A DNA stretch of 64,000 nucleotides, taken from NCBI GenBank assembly GCA_951406725.2, contig OX597833.1:44578001-44642000 (forward strand). Reading direction: 5' to 3'. The position numbers were made by a program, and so were the translations under genes. This stretch comes from Octopus vulgaris. Taxonomy: Eukaryota. Shown piece after piece: positions 1 through 12,968 of this stretch. Within the stretch, counting starts at the first letter, position 1. Each line of letters begins with the position of its first letter. The notes beneath the pieces are model-generated. The model was not told where the DNA came from, searched no databases, and saw only the letters and a program-made list of their open reading frames with translations.

Positions 1-53
1 CTGTTTTTTGTGTGTTTCTTAAATGGCTAATAAACACCTTCTACGCTGCAATT

Positions 54-105
<52 letters not shown>

Positions 106-281
106 CAATTGCAGCGTGGAAGGTGTTTGTAAGTTTAAACTTAAAATTAAACTTAAATGTTAAAGTGAATCGAACGGCTTTTGTGTGTTTCTTAAATGGC
201 TTACAAACACATTCCACGCTGCAATTGTTTTCGTTTCGGCACACGATCTCAGATCAAATCACTTGCTATGCGAGTACATCT

Positions 282-409
<128 letters not shown>

Positions 410-500
410 GTATGTATAAATTATACAGGTTGTCTCGTAGTCATGGAACACATCTTAAAATCAAGTAACTAAGACTGGAACACACATTTATTACAAATAT

Positions 501-580
501 TGCTTTGGCGATGCATAATAGAGAAGATTAGCACGGTCCCTGCGCGAGGATCACACAAACATTTGTAAAGCGTTCCTAAT
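501..580 (+). pseudogene. U6 snRNA pseudogene (degenerate, internal 5' deletion)
   Basis: AGAGAAGATTAGCACGGTCCCTGCGCGAGGATCACACAAACATTTGTAAAGCGTTCC aligns to U6 AGAGAAGATTAGCATGGCCCCTGCGCAAGGATGACACGCAAATTCGTGAAGCGTTCC. The ACAGAGA box is mutated. Confidence 0.85.
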
Positions 581-852
581 AAATCACCGTAATCTAAGCG
601 ATTCGGCTAGAGATACGATAGAACAAGTACGAAACTTTTAAAACATAAATACTAGAGTCAGTTCAATTCTTTCGACTACAGCCCTTCAAAGCAGTGTCTC
701 AACATGGTCGCAGTCCAGTGATTGAAATAAGTGAATGACAAAAGATAATATTATGGATAAAATGTGTCCGATCATAATGAGTCTCCGCGTATATACTTTC
801 TTATATAACCTTTGATTTACTGTTCCTTATTTTGTTTTGTTTTTCATTACAG

Positions 853-1173
853 ATATGAGCTTATTTATATCACCGACAGCTGGTCTTGACATAAGAGGGA
901 TAACTAAAGTCGCTCTAATATGTAGCTATAATGTGCCAAAGCTCACTACTTTCGAACTCTTTGCAAAGACCAAATCTGTGGTAAAGATGTCATTCCAGAC
1001 AAACAAAAAGACTGCGAATAAACTCATACACAAACGAGATGGTTTTGACTGTACTTTAATTGTTGCTTCTAAAGGGGATATTATCTGCTGGAAAATTAAC
1101 AGCACATGCAAAGATGAAGGACCTTACAGATGTGCAACAGATAAAAAATCTTCAAAACCGAAAATATTAACAG
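853..1173 (+). CDS. Gene A exon: N-terminal V-like immunoglobulin domain (107 codons, phase 1-1)
   Basis: tttcattacAG acceptor and GTcagt donor; 321 nt open frame; ALICSY (B-strand Cys) and CKDEGPYRC (DxGxYxC). Conserved in unit B. Confidence 0.85.
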
Positions 1174-1396
1174 GTCAGTTCTTCCCGTTTTGTCTCTTAT
1201 ATTGTTTATATCATTAATCATTAACAGTATTTCGTCCGTCTTTACGTTCTAGGTTCAAATTCCGCCAAGGTCGGCTTTGCCTTTTATCCTCTCGGAGTCG
1301 ATAAGTATCAGTCAAGCACTGGGGTCGATGTAATCGACTTACCCCTCCCCTTCGATTGCTGGCTTTGTGCCAAAATTTGAAACCATTATTCTTCAA

Positions 1397-1765
1397 TAGC
1401 TGTGCGGTAAGGAGTTTACTTCCCAACCACATGGTTCCGGGTTCAGTCCAACTGAAAGGCAAGTGTCTACGACAAGAACCTTATGTTGGGATTCGTAGAT
1501 GGAAACTTAAAGAAGCCTGTCCTCTGTGTGTGTGTGTGTGTGTGTACGGGATGTTTGTGTCTGCGTACGTGTGTGTGTCTTTGTGTCCATTCCACCAACA
1601 CCACCGCTTGGCTTGTATGAGTGCCCGTAACTTAGTGGTTCGGCAAAGAGAATGATAGAATAACTACCAAGTTTTGAAAAGAAAATAAGTACTAGTATAG
1701 AACTAAACCCTTCAAGGCAGTGCCCCAGTATGACTGCAGTCCAATGAATGAAACAAGCAAAAGGA
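1397..1765 (+). mobile_element. tRNA-derived SINE with internal (TG)n
   Basis: Same family as 8162-8555 (AACCACATGGTTCCGGGTTCAGTCC head ... ATGAAACAAG tail). Confidence 0.7.
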
Positions 1766-2054
1766 AGTAAAGAAAATTTTTGCTGCCGGTTTTCACACCA
1801 CTTTCGAGCACAAGTCTATACTCCACGAGTACGAGTACAAGTGTTTTCTTTTGGTTTTTTAAGTTTTCGTTGCGTTGCAAGTATTCTTTTACATGTTTCA
1901 GTCATTTGACTGTGGCCATGCTGGAGCAGTGCCTTTAGTCGAGCAAATCGACCTCAGGATCGGTTGTCAAGCGATGTTGTGGGGGACAAACACAGACACA
2001 CAAACATACATACACACGCGCGCGCGCACATGCATACAAGCATACATACATATA

Positions 2055-4870
2055 TGATAAAGAAGCCATTATAAAGTTCGATAAATGAACGTGCTTCTTG
2101 TCGAGAAATTTTGAGAACAAGGAAAGAATTCAGAATATTATTAACATCGAATGGCCTAAACTCAATGACGTCACAGAGGCAAAAAATGCTTCGTCTCTCA
2201 GCAACGTGAAAATTTTCGGTGTCGATAACGAGAACAACAGCAACAACAACAGCAGCTGTTCAAGAATTTGGACCTGGAGATCTCCATTTCCAGCGACTTC
2301 GGGGGCCACCTCCCAGTGGTGTCGGGCGTCAATGAAGAGCCCTCGACTACAACAAGACGACCAAAGTTGTTTTTTTCCTAGGTCTGGGGTCTCCCGCCCC
2401 TAAGCCCTAGACCATCACCTAATCACCCTTACCCGTCTTGTTGCTTAACAACAACAACAACAACAGCAGCAGCAGTAGCGACAGTAGCAGCAGTGACAGT
2501 AGCAGCAGTGACAGTAGCAGCAGTGACAGCAGCAGCAGCAATGACAGCAGCAGCAGCAATAACAACAACAACAACAATAATAGCAGCAACAACAATACGA
2601 CAAAAATGAAACATAAAAATGCAAATATCGTTTCTGCGTCTTTTGCGTCAGCAGCGAGAAATATGGAAAGTTTCCACATAGATAAAGAAGAATTAAAATT
2701 AGCAAGAAAAATTGTAAAAAAAAAAAAAAAAAGATGAGAAGAGGGTAGCTCTAAGCCCTCCATCCGACGGGATGGAAATTATCGCAAGATGCACGGTCAC
2801 ATACCATTGTATCAGAATCAAGTCTCGGCGGGTGGAAAATGCTCCCGAGAGCGAAATACAAAAATGCTCTGGGCGCGTGTGGGATCACAAGACCCACACC
2901 ACTCGAGGAAAGAAGTTAAGTTTGGAACCATTGAGGTGAGATTTGGGACGGAAGAAGCTGGATGTAATTCCGCAACCACTTTGAGTATTGACAACTTTTA
3001 ATCCCCACCTATCGCGGCCAACGTCTTGCCAAAGTTAGGGTGCTGAATGTGCCGCCAGAAATATCCATTACCTGGTAATGGCAGCCGTCTTGGCAAGTTT
3101 AGAAGAAGACGAAGTCACAATACTGGAGGTCAAGAAACTACTTAAGCAAAACTGGTTAGGTATAGGTATGGAACTGACCTTGCAATGCAAGCAAAACCAT
3201 ATCGACCAGCTACCCGATCTAATCGATCTGCCAGATGGTAGTCAGTGTTTGTTGAGGGTAGAAGGCCAAGATGCCACAAATGTGGATCTGTAAAACACTT
3301 AAAGGTTTCCTGACCTGAAACAATGGAAAATAAAGTCTCACCACTGCCAACATTACAAATACCAAGTGATCAAGACTCCTACGCCTCCTCCCATACCCAC
3401 GCTCACACTCACCATCAAGCCAAGACAAATAAGGAGTCTACCCACGGTTACCACGGAAAAGCAGGTTTCTCCTGAATGCTCTTCTTCCCAAACCAACATC
3501 AACTGCAACGACATGGAGAAGGAAGAGCTGAGCGATCAATGGATCACAGTGACAAAAGGGGGTAGGCGAAAGAGGAGGAGAATACATTACCTTACTCCAA
3601 GAAATCAACAGAAACTTATTCCGAAACAACAACTGAAACACAATTCACAAATACTCCAACAAAAACAGCAAGAACAAGATCAACAACTTCAAAAACAGCA
3701 ACATCATCGATAACAGCATGACATTAAAGAAACCGAGAAACAACGGATTATAGAACTTCAAAATTATTCATCAGACTGTAAGCAAAATGTATCCATCAAT
3801 TTCACTGTTGTGAACAAGTGTAACAGTGAATTGGTGGATTTTGTAAATCAAAATATAACCAATATAGAGACAGGGGGAAAGGAATTTGAGGATTTGATCC
3901 GCAAAACCCAGTAAGGACAGATTCTTAATTAAGACGTCATCAGACGTCTATAAAACTGTGACAGAAAAAATCCCAGGAAGTGTGGGGATTTTTTTAAAAA
4001 TCTATTGAAAAAAAGGCTGTTGGAAGGGCCTTTTAAAACATTTTCGTCAGTAGAGAAGCTCGGAACTTCCGGGATTCTCGAAAACCAAAGTGCTGAGAAT
4101 GGGGTGTGTGAATGTGGGTGGCCTAGGATCAGCTTGGAAGCAAGGTCACTTGCTCAATGATCTCAGATCACTTGATTTGGACGTGGCTGTCAAGGATCTC
4201 CGGAATACTCGCTCTAGCATCTCTTTTCGAGGACTACGAGGTATTCTGATCTTGTGGTTATGTCGAACAGCTGGTGTTGTGTGTAGGATATATATGTCTG
4301 TCGTCAGAGTCCATAATGATGAGTGTCCCGCTGCCCTCCTTTAATCAAGCTGGCAAGGTAGTTTTCCTTTGTCTGGTGGCTGTGGAGAAAGGACGAGACG
4401 AGGCTGAAAGGAATGAGGACCGACACTTTCCTCTTTAGTAAAGCCTTCATCGACTTTTTCAAGTTTCACTTGAAAAGGAAAGTGAGGGTGGAGAGGGAGG
4501 TGCTGTCCTTGAGTGAATTTATGGAAGCTGCGAAAATGGCAAGTGTGGGTGGTACCATGCTCAGTGTAGACCTGTTAGTCGGAAGAAAGAAGTTGGAGTG
4601 GGCTCTCGTCCTTGGTTCTCAGGGTTATGCTGGGTGGTGGGGTTCCGTGATTATCCCTACAGGTCCTCCTGAATCAGAAAGATCCCATCACGGTTGGTTT
4701 TTTTTTTTCGTTTTTTTTCAGTGTCATATACTATGTACATTTCCTTTTTTCTAATATGTATCGTGTATACTTTTGTTTTATCATTCCAGCAGATGTAAAC
4801 CCCTAAACTTTATGTCTGTATTTGTATTGTCCCCCTCATCCTTCGCACTGGTGGCAAATAAAGGAAATCA
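2055..4870 (+). mobile_element. Degenerate, internally deleted Tx1/L1-like LINE (unit A only)
   Basis: ORF1 remnant with zinc knuckle CHKCGSVKH (~3272). APE start MGCVNVGGL...LRSLDLDV (~4099) is followed shortly by the ORF2 C-terminus TRLKG..FFKFHLKRKVRVERE, similar to the LINE at 61.6 kb. AATAAA and (CAT)n tail. Confidence 0.75.
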
Positions 4871-4878
4871 TTATTATT

Positions 4879-4928
<50 letters not shown>

Positions 4929-4932
4929 ATAA

Positions 4933-5150
4933 GGCGATGAGATAGCAGAATCGTTAGAACGCCGGACGAAATGCCTAGCGGTATATTGCCCGTCGCTACG
5001 TTCTGAGTTTAAATTCCATCGGGGTGGCCTTTACCTTTCATTATTTCGGGGTCGATAAAATAAGTACCAGCTGAACATTGGCGTTGATGTAATTGACTCA
5101 TCATCTCCTCCAAAACTGCTGCCCTTGTGGAAAAATTTGAAGCTATTATT
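4933..5150 (+). mobile_element. SINE with Nin/Deu-like central domain
   Basis: GGCGATGAGATAGCAGAATCGTTAG head; CCTTTCATTATTTCGGGGTCGATAAAATAAGTACCAG core, which recurs many times in the window. Confidence 0.65.
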
Positions 5151-5169
5151 ATCATTATTATTGTTGTTG

Positions 5170-5400
5170 TTATTTTACTGTCTTTGCACAGCTTCTAACG
5201 CTAGAGATGTACTACGGTGTCTATTGTTCACTACCTGGGAACTAAGGTAACACCCCTTACTTTTCGAGCACCATCCGGAGTATTCGAGCGGTTCCAAGCA
5301 GCGCTATTTTCTGCAAGTGCTCCGCCCTTATTGCGGCGCCTATTTGTTCCATGTACTTCTCAAGATTTTTACTCACTGTCCCCAGGGCTGCGGCAGTTAT
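5170..5400 (-). mobile_element. 3' end of an RLE-type (R4/Dong-like) LINE
   Basis: Minus strand reads EHLQKIALLGTARILRMVLEK*, a typical RLE-LINE C-terminus. Deleted in unit B. Confidence 0.55.
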
Positions 5401-5858
5401 TGGCAGAGTTATGTTCCATCCCTGGAACATAAGTAATGTATGTTCCCAATTCGGAGAAAATCAGTTGAAAAATACGGCCGTTATAATCTTTTACACACAC
5501 ATACACACAAAACGGGATTTATATTATAGATCTCCTCTTCTCCAACAAGGGACTTTTACTGATTTATTTCATTATTGCATTTTTCAAATAATATATTTAT
5601 TGTCATCGTTTAAAATCTAATTTGTTTCTTCTTGTCCTTGCCACCCATACGCTTACCTATTTCCACTTTTATCATCATCATTATCACCCGCATTATACAA
5701 GTTATAAGTCATTACCAACTGGTATTATTATAATTGTAATATGAGTGACGAGGCTTTCGAATACAATAATAAGAGCACTATTAAAAAATAGAATTATTCA
5801 GATGTAAAATTTTTAATTTAAATTTTAATTTTATTCGTAGGAAAAAATTTCGATGACC

Positions 5859-6560
5859 ATGAATGCAAAACGAAGAAAGGTAGATGCTGAATGCCAAATT
5901 TTCTAAGGAACTTGGACATTAGATTACTTCTTCATTGAGCATAGCGGGGACCCGATTTCTCTCATATGTCTAGAAAGCATTGCTGTGAATTAGGTAGTAA
6001 ATATTAGGCGACACTACGAGACGCGCCATTGTGAAAATTTTAGGACATTTACTGGACAAGCAAGGAAAGATGAAGTTGAGCGGTTGGAGTCTAGCTTTGG
6101 AAGACAAACGTCATTTTTTAAACACAGAAAAGGCGAAAACGTGGCAAATACAATTGCCAGCGTTGAAGTTTCAAAACGCATCGCTGAAAAGAAGAAACCT
6201 TTTACAGATGGTGATTTGTTTTTAAAGACTGCTTGTTGGCAGTGTTAGATATTTTTTGTTCAGAAAAAAAGTTTTTATCTGTAACTATCAGTCTGTCTCC
6301 AAGGACGGTCACGCGGCTTGTTGAAGCAACCACAGCAGATATTAAAAATCAATTAATCAACACCTACAGTGCATTACAGTATTTTTCAATTGCAGTCGAT
6401 GAGAGTACAGGTTTAAGTGACACTGCACAACTTGCTGCCTATAAGTGAGGAGTGACTTCGACTTTTCAGATCTTTGAAGAATTTATTCAGTTAATCCCAA
6501 TGAAGGAATTCGTAACCTGAGCGGACATCACTGAAGCTTTGTTGAAAATGATTTCGGTTT
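5859..6560 (+). mobile_element. hAT (SPIN/Charlie, GTF2IRD2-like) transposase remnant
   Basis: MNAKRRKVDAEC..WTLDYFF..NIRRHYETRH, SLSPRTVTR, YFSIAVDESTGLSDTAQLA; several stops and frameshifts. Confidence 0.85.
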
Positions 6561-7097
6561 AACGTCATGATGAGTGTCTTGCGCGTAGTCTATTCTGTTG
6601 TAAGCATTTGAGCCAGATCTCTTGTGTGCGTATTCTTCCCACTCACCTATCTCGGATGCCATGGAAAGGCTAATGGACACTACTTTTCATGTCTAAAAGT
6701 TTTTTTGTTTTTTTTTTTTTAAAAAAAACACTCCACGTGTTTGTGTAGTTATTGACATATAGACTGTTTCAACCTTCTTTGGCACATTTGCTATAAAGTT
6801 AGATATTTCAACACTTGGAAGCACTTAGATCGTGTCAGCACTTCAGGTAGCTTAAGAGATGTTAAATATTATAGCTTTGTATGAACATTGTAAATTTATA
6901 TCAGTGTAACCATCTAATATTTTGCTATGAGGCCAATTGCTATTTTATGAGAAGCGGACTGCATTAGACATGAAGTATCATTAAGCGGGTTGCGCTACTC
7001 AAGCGTGTCATTCAGAAAGTGCCAGAACCTACGTGCAGCCCGCGTGCTGTTCAAATATTAATATGTTTTTGTCTTTTTTTTTGTTTTGTTTTTTCAG

Positions 7098-7439
7098 TGA
7101 AATCTGCCATTGATAAACTGGAAGTTATTGACATACCTGTTTTAATCGACGAGACAGTAACCTTCAGATGTACAGCAAATGTCACTAAAACTTATAAATC
7201 AGTGGATGTCGGAAATTATGGCTCTCGTGAAAATTATGTCCATTTTAATTGGCTTGTATCAAATGGTAAAAATACAGTACAAGCAAATAAAAAAATTTTA
7301 GTCCCATCTCATATAGATTGTTTTGTTCCGGCAACATCAAAATATCAATACAAGGTAACAAGCGTAGATTTATTGAATAAAACAACTGTCAAATGTTCAA
7401 TATTTGGCGAGACGCTTACCAAACCACTATACGCCAAAG
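7098..7439 (+). CDS. Gene A exon: second Ig-like (C2/I-type) domain (114 codons, phase 1-1)
   Basis: ttttttcAG acceptor and GTaaaa donor; VTFRCTANV...FNWLV...TTVKCSIFG. Joins in frame to the previous exon (KILT-V-KSAID). Confidence 0.85.
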
Positions 7440-8161
7440 GTAAAAACAATATTTTTCTTTCTTTTGTCGTAAAAAGAAAAATGAGTAAAGCTCTTCTCGT
7501 GTTATAGACTCATAAGGTTAGAGACTCATAAGGCTGGTTTCCTTGTTTCTGTAGTGTTAAATACACTCCACCACCACTTGACGGAACGCCCGTCCATGGC
7601 AGGATTATTCATTTTGCCAGCTGAGTTGATTAGAGCAACGTCAAATGGAGTGTCTTACACAAGAACATAGCGCATCACCCCTTCCAGGAATCGAACCCAC
7701 AATCTTATGACCATGACTCTAACACCCTAACCACTAATCCACGCGCTTCCACATTGTGTTATCTTGGTTAGTGGATATACCATTTGTTGATGCTGTTGCT
7801 GTTGTTCATGTATTTTGTTTTGTTTTGTTTAATATTTTTTTTGTTTTTACCTTTCTTTTTGTTTAACCTTTGGTCAAACATACCTATGACCAAAGGTATT
7901 CCAGCGATGGCAGTTCCATTGAGGCATTGTACAACTAGGATTACATTATTCCCATCTGTCTATTTTTCTTCTAAGAGAATACGTGTGATATGTTAGAAAT
8001 TTTGCTGGGGTTTTTTTTTTTTGGCAGATCAAACTACCACGTGGAGATTCGTGCTGCAATGGGTGTGTGTACATTGATATTTTTTCATACGGTATACTAT
8101 CACCTAACCATTGTGATTTGTCTCATTTGAATAGAAACATCTGACCAGACTTGAATATATA

Positions 8162-8555
8162 GGTGTAGGAGTGGCTGTTTAGTAAGTAGCTTTCTTACGA
8201 ACCACATTGTTCCGGGTTCAGTCCCACTGCGTGGCACATTGGGCAAGTGTCTTCTAATATAGGCTCGGGCTGACCAAAGGCTTGTGAGTGGATTTGGTAG
8301 ACGGAAACTGAAAGAAGCCCGTCGCATATATGTATATATATGTATGTGTGTGTATATGTGTGTCTGTGTTTGTCCTTCCAATATCGCTTGACAACCGATG
8401 CTGGTGTGTTTACGTCCCCGTACCTTAGCGGGTCGGCAAAAGAGACCGATAGAATAAGTACTAGGCTTACAAAGAATAAGTCCTGGGGTCATTTGCTCGA
8501 CTAAAGGCAGTGCTCCAGCATGGCCACAGTCAATTACTGAAACCAGTAAAAGAGT
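8162..8555 (+). mobile_element. Near full-length tRNA-derived SINE
   Basis: tRNA-like head, GTGGCACATTGGGCAAGTGTCTTC core, internal microsatellite, CTGAAACCAGTAAAAG tail. Copy at 37272-37642. Confidence 0.75.
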
Positions 8556-8823
8556 AAAAGAGTATATGCTATTTCGCTTTTTGTGAAAATGACAGATCCT
8601 TCTCTTCGTGAGGTTCATCTGTTGCCAACCATCCACACCAAATGACGTTTCAAAATGTTCTCTAGTTGAAGATGTGTAACCACGCACTGAGGCCGTGACA
8701 TTGCAGTGACACCTGAATGGCGACATTAAGGTGTAAACGTCTTTTCTAAGACATGTCTTTTGGAACTAGTCTTTGAGATGGCACATAGTAACGAAACAGT
8801 CCTGCATACACTCATTGTTTGTA

Positions 8824-9378
8824 TTGGGTTGTCCGAAAAAGTTCGTGCCGATTTATAGTAGCTTCGACTTATTTTAGAACATGGTTGAGTCCATAAAATA
8901 GGACTACACTTCCATTTAGAGAACAGTTTAAGCTATCTTTTCGTGGAAGAAAGTTTAGGTGCCTATAACCTGTGTTAATTTTGCAACCCTTTAAAATGGA
9001 AGATAAGAAAGTTCATTTTCGGCACTTGATGCTTTGGGAACCAGACAAAACTTGCTGCAGTTCGGCTGGGATGTGTTACCCCACCCTCCATATTCACCAG
9101 ATATTGCTCTTTCGGATTTCCACTTATTCAAGTCTCTGCAGAATAGTCTTAATGGTAAAAATTTCAATTCCTTGGATGACGTAAAAAGATACCTTGATGA
9201 ATTCTTTGCCATGAAGCCACCTCAATTCTGGGAGAGGGTATTTTCAAGTTAAAGGAAATATGGAGACGCATTGTGCAACAAAATGGTTCATATTTGGTTG
9301 ATTAAAAATGTAATGGCAAGTATTTATTGACCTTTTTCTTTCCTTTAAAAATCAGCACGAACTTTCCGGACAACCCAA
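8824..9378 (+). mobile_element. Internally deleted mariner element
   Basis: TIRs TTGGGTTGTCCGAAAAAGTTCGTGCCGATTT / AAATCAGCACGAACTTTCCGGACAACCCAA, flanked by TA. Transposase remnant WDVLPHPPYSPDIALSDFHLF. Confidence 0.92.
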
Positions 9379-9539
9379 TATCAGTGTAATTAGTCATAAT
9401 ACAGTTATCATAACTATAATAATACTTTTATTGCAACATTTAATTTTTTTTATATATATAAATAAATGAGTATTGTACATGATTACTTTTTTAAAACTGT
9501 ATACCTCTTTTACACCACTCTGTACATACACACACACAC

Positions 9540-9602
<63 letters not shown>

Positions 9603-9636
9603 TATATAGAGATATATAGATATATAGATATATATA

Positions 9637-9672
<36 letters not shown>

Positions 9673-9827
9673 TGTATGTATGTATGTAGAAGGTTGAAAA
9701 AGCACACACGAGTTGATATGTATAAGGAGAAAAGTCAAGATAGAAAATGATAAAAATTTTCTTTTACAATTATTGTCATTCAGAAGCCATGTGCAATAAT
9801 TTATTAGTTTGTTCTTGTCATCCACTT

Positions 9828-10100
9828 TTAATTACTGTACACGTGTAAAATTATATGCTTCAAGTTCAGGCTTTTCAACATCCGTTGGCATGACCTGCTT
9901 ATGTGGGAGTGATGCACCAATTCGTGGGTTAATTTCTTTGGGCTTCGAGTAATCCTTTGGCAGGTATCCTGACTTACTTCCGTGTTCGAACCGTGGGGTC
10001 CTTTTCTTTTTGGGGTGTTATTCACTGACCCCGTAGTGCGTCACTTCTTAACCAACATTTGTATCGTTCTCTTTGCCGGCAAGCCTTAACCCAGAAACTT
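9828..10100 (-). mobile_element. Possible Tc1/mariner N-terminal (HTH) transposase remnant
   Basis: ITRSPKKLTHELVHHSHISRSCQRMLKSLNLK resembles the Tc1/mariner HTH region; weak. Confidence 0.4.
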
Positions 10101-10849
10101 GACTTTAAAAGTTTCACGTGTTTGCTTAACACAATCGGTTCTCACATGCACTTACACAATCTCCATTCCTTCCGCTATTGAGTGTGGCATGTTGCAGAAA
10201 ATGCTAGAGATGTTCACTCAATGCATTCTTACAATTAACTAATGCGGTGAGGGTAACGTAGCAAAGAGTCGATTGATGCACCATCTTTGTTCAGTACAAA
10301 CAAGGGTTTGAACTAACATAATGACACTTGCAAACGAAAGGCTTGGTGCTTTTTGCGTATGTAAATTTATTTCTCTATTCACACAGTGTTATGGAATCCA
10401 GGCTACTTTTTCGTGCCCCACCCTATAAAAGACAAGAAGTTTGTTCACATACAAACGCCATAGATCAAAGGTTGACCTTATCAAGAATGACTTAGAAACG
10501 AATAACAATAGCAATTCTATTGGTTTTTGTTTGCCTAACATAAAACAGGTTCTAGTTCATATCTCACAGTTAAAGAATTAGCAGTAGAAAGATTTAACAC
10601 GGCAAATAATTGAAAGAATAAATAAATAAATAAAAACATAACGTTTTCTATAAAAGTAATCTCGTCCATAATTCAATTAAATGTCAATTCAAGATCTAGT
10701 ACTAAACATAAAGTTTTGGAATTTTTAAAGCGTTTCGTATATCTCAGCTCCTACATTTATACGTTTTGTCTTGATTTCCGACTACTTTACTATTTTAAAT
10801 TAATAAAAGGAATTGAAAGGTGTATTTCATTTTCCTTGCTTCATTTCAG

Positions 10850-10879
10850 CTCCTCCGAAAACTACCACTGCTAAACCTA
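10850..10879 (+). CDS. Gene A micro-exon M1 (30 nt): (A)PPKTTTAKP
   Basis: catttcAG|CTCCTCCGAAAACTACCACTGCTAAACCTA|GTAAGT; phase 1-1. Confidence 0.8.
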
Positions 10880-11177
10880 GTAAGTTCATTTTTCTCTTAT
10901 CTTTATTTCATTCTACAGAATTTCATTATTTTCTGTCCACTTGTAGGGAACATCTATCATATTTTAATAAATTCTCATAGATTTAAACTACTTCGTAAAG
11001 AGATGCCTTTCCCAGTCAGTTCGCTTTTCAAGCATATGTTCCCGAGTCCAAACTGACAGCACGTCGCCTTAGGATAGTGTCTTCAACTATAGCCCCAGAC
11101 AGGCCTATACGTTTTCGGTAAATTTATTTCGCTTAGTTCCGCTGGACTAACATGTCAGGCGTCCGGAGATAGATTCT

Positions 11178-11238
<61 letters not shown>

Positions 11239-11574
11239 CTTATTTATTTATTTTTTAATTTATTTGTTTATATATATGTATGTATGCATGTGTATTTGTA
11301 CGTATGTATGTATGAATGTATGTATGAATGTATGTATGTAAACCGACCTTTTCTGTTAAGGTAATCTCATCCATAATTCGATTAAATGTCAATTCAAGAT
11401 CGAATTCTAATCACAATGTTCTGGAATTTTTAAAGTCATTTCGTGTAGCTTAGCTCCTACGTTTAAATATCTTGTCTTGATTTCCCACTGGTTTACTATT
11501 TTAAATTAATAAAAGGAATTGAAAAGTGTATTTCATTTGCTGTATCGTATTTCATTTTTCTTGTTTAATTTTAG

Positions 11575-11592
11575 CTACTACGGAAAGACCGA
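11575..11592 (+). CDS. Gene A micro-exon M2 (18 nt): (T)TTERP; absent from unit B
   Basis: ttttAG|CTACTACGGAAAGACCGA|GTAAGT; phase 1-1. Confidence 0.75.
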
Positions 11593-11904
11593 GTAAGTAA
11601 CTTTTTCTCTATCTTAATTTCATTGTACAGAATTTCAATCTTTTGTGTCCACTAGTGGGACAAATTATGAGTGTCACGTCAAAACACTTTTACATCATTT
11701 CTGCCCTGTTGAGTTCTGAGCTCCAATTCTGCTAAGGTCGAGTTTCTCATGCTTTTGTCTTGCCAGATGTCAATGAATATAATACTGTCTAGTACCAGGG
11801 TCTACTTAAATTAACAGTTGCATTTCTCCAAACAATATAGCTTTATATCTATCCTATGTGATTCATTTGCTGCATCATATTTCATTTTCTTTGTTTAATT
11901 TTAG

Positions 11905-11937
11905 CTACTACGGAAAAAATAACTACCACTGTTACGA
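11905..11937 (+). CDS. Gene A micro-exon M3 (33 nt): (T)TTEKITTTVT
   Basis: ttttAG|CTACTACGGAAAAAATAACTACCACTGTTACGA|GTAAGT. Confidence 0.8.
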
Positions 11938-12294
11938 GTAAGTAAATTTTTCTCTTATCTTAATTTCATTGTACAGAATTGCATTCTTTTGTGTCCACTA
12001 GTGGTACAAATTAGCAATGTCTCGTCAAAAACTTTTACAGCAATTCTGTCCTTTTGAGTTCTGAGCTCCAATTCCGCTAAGGTCGAGTTTGTTATGCTTT
12101 CTTCCTGCCAGATGTCAATAATATAATACTGTCTAGTACCAGGTTCTATTTTTAATTCGTTCTCCAAAGTATCTTTATTATTCTGATGCAACGAAGAAAG
12201 CACTGCTATGGAACGAAATGAAAGCACTGCTTATCATACACATAACATTTACGTTGTCAGGAAGATAATTTTAAACGAAGTAATAAATTAGAAC

Positions 12295-12872
12295 TAGAGA
12301 GGCTCAAAAAGACTACGCTGGAAAAGATTATTATGGAAGCTCAAAAACCCAGCAAACCAACAAAAATTCAGAGACTTTCTACTGGAAGCTCCAATGACAG
12401 AGAGGAGGAAGTGGAAGGGACATATATATCTTAGAGGACAACTAGAAGTTCCTGTGGGACAATTTACTGAGTGCTGCCGACCAAATTTGTGCTTGGTGCA
12501 AAGTCCCAGCCTGGCCGAGGATGACTTAGTGTGGAAAAAGGAGGTGGACAATGCTATAAAAGCAAAGAGACATGCCTGCAAGAACTGGAAAAACGGTGGA
12601 AGCAAAGCATTATAACAGGGAGCTTTGCCAACGTTATACAATGTAAGGATCAGAAGCGTGAGGTGTTCAGGATTGCAAAGCAGTGTATCAGAGAGAAAAG
12701 AGATGTGGTAGGTGAGAAATGTGTGCGAATGGATCACGATATGCTTGCGCTTAGTGAATCAGAGAAGAAAGATGCGTGGAGATGCCATTATGAAAGGTTG
12801 TTAAATGTGGGGAATGACTGGGTGAAGGAGAGTCTTTCAAATATTGAAACAATTGAGGGACCCTTTTGGTAA
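12295..12872 (+). mobile_element. RTE-type LINE ORF2 fragment (EN-RT linker)
   Basis: WKLKNP.., WKKEVDNAIKAKR.., VFRIAKQCIREKRDVVGEKCVR..WRCHYERLLNV; frameshifted. Copy at 43297-43874. Confidence 0.7.
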
Positions 12873-12895
12873 TTAATGGCATACGGCTGTCTACA

Positions 12896-12968
<73 letters not shown>

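Noticed and set aside
837-1217. ORF-track starts and ends for the Ig ORFs (837-1217, 7019-7507)
   Set aside because: The hydrophobic termini are translated polypyrimidine tract or intron; the real boundaries are the AG/GT sites at 853-1173 and 7098-7439.
2419-2763. Poly-Leu/Ser/Cys ORFs
   Set aside because: (CAG/CAA)n low-complexity tract inside the decayed LINE 5' region.
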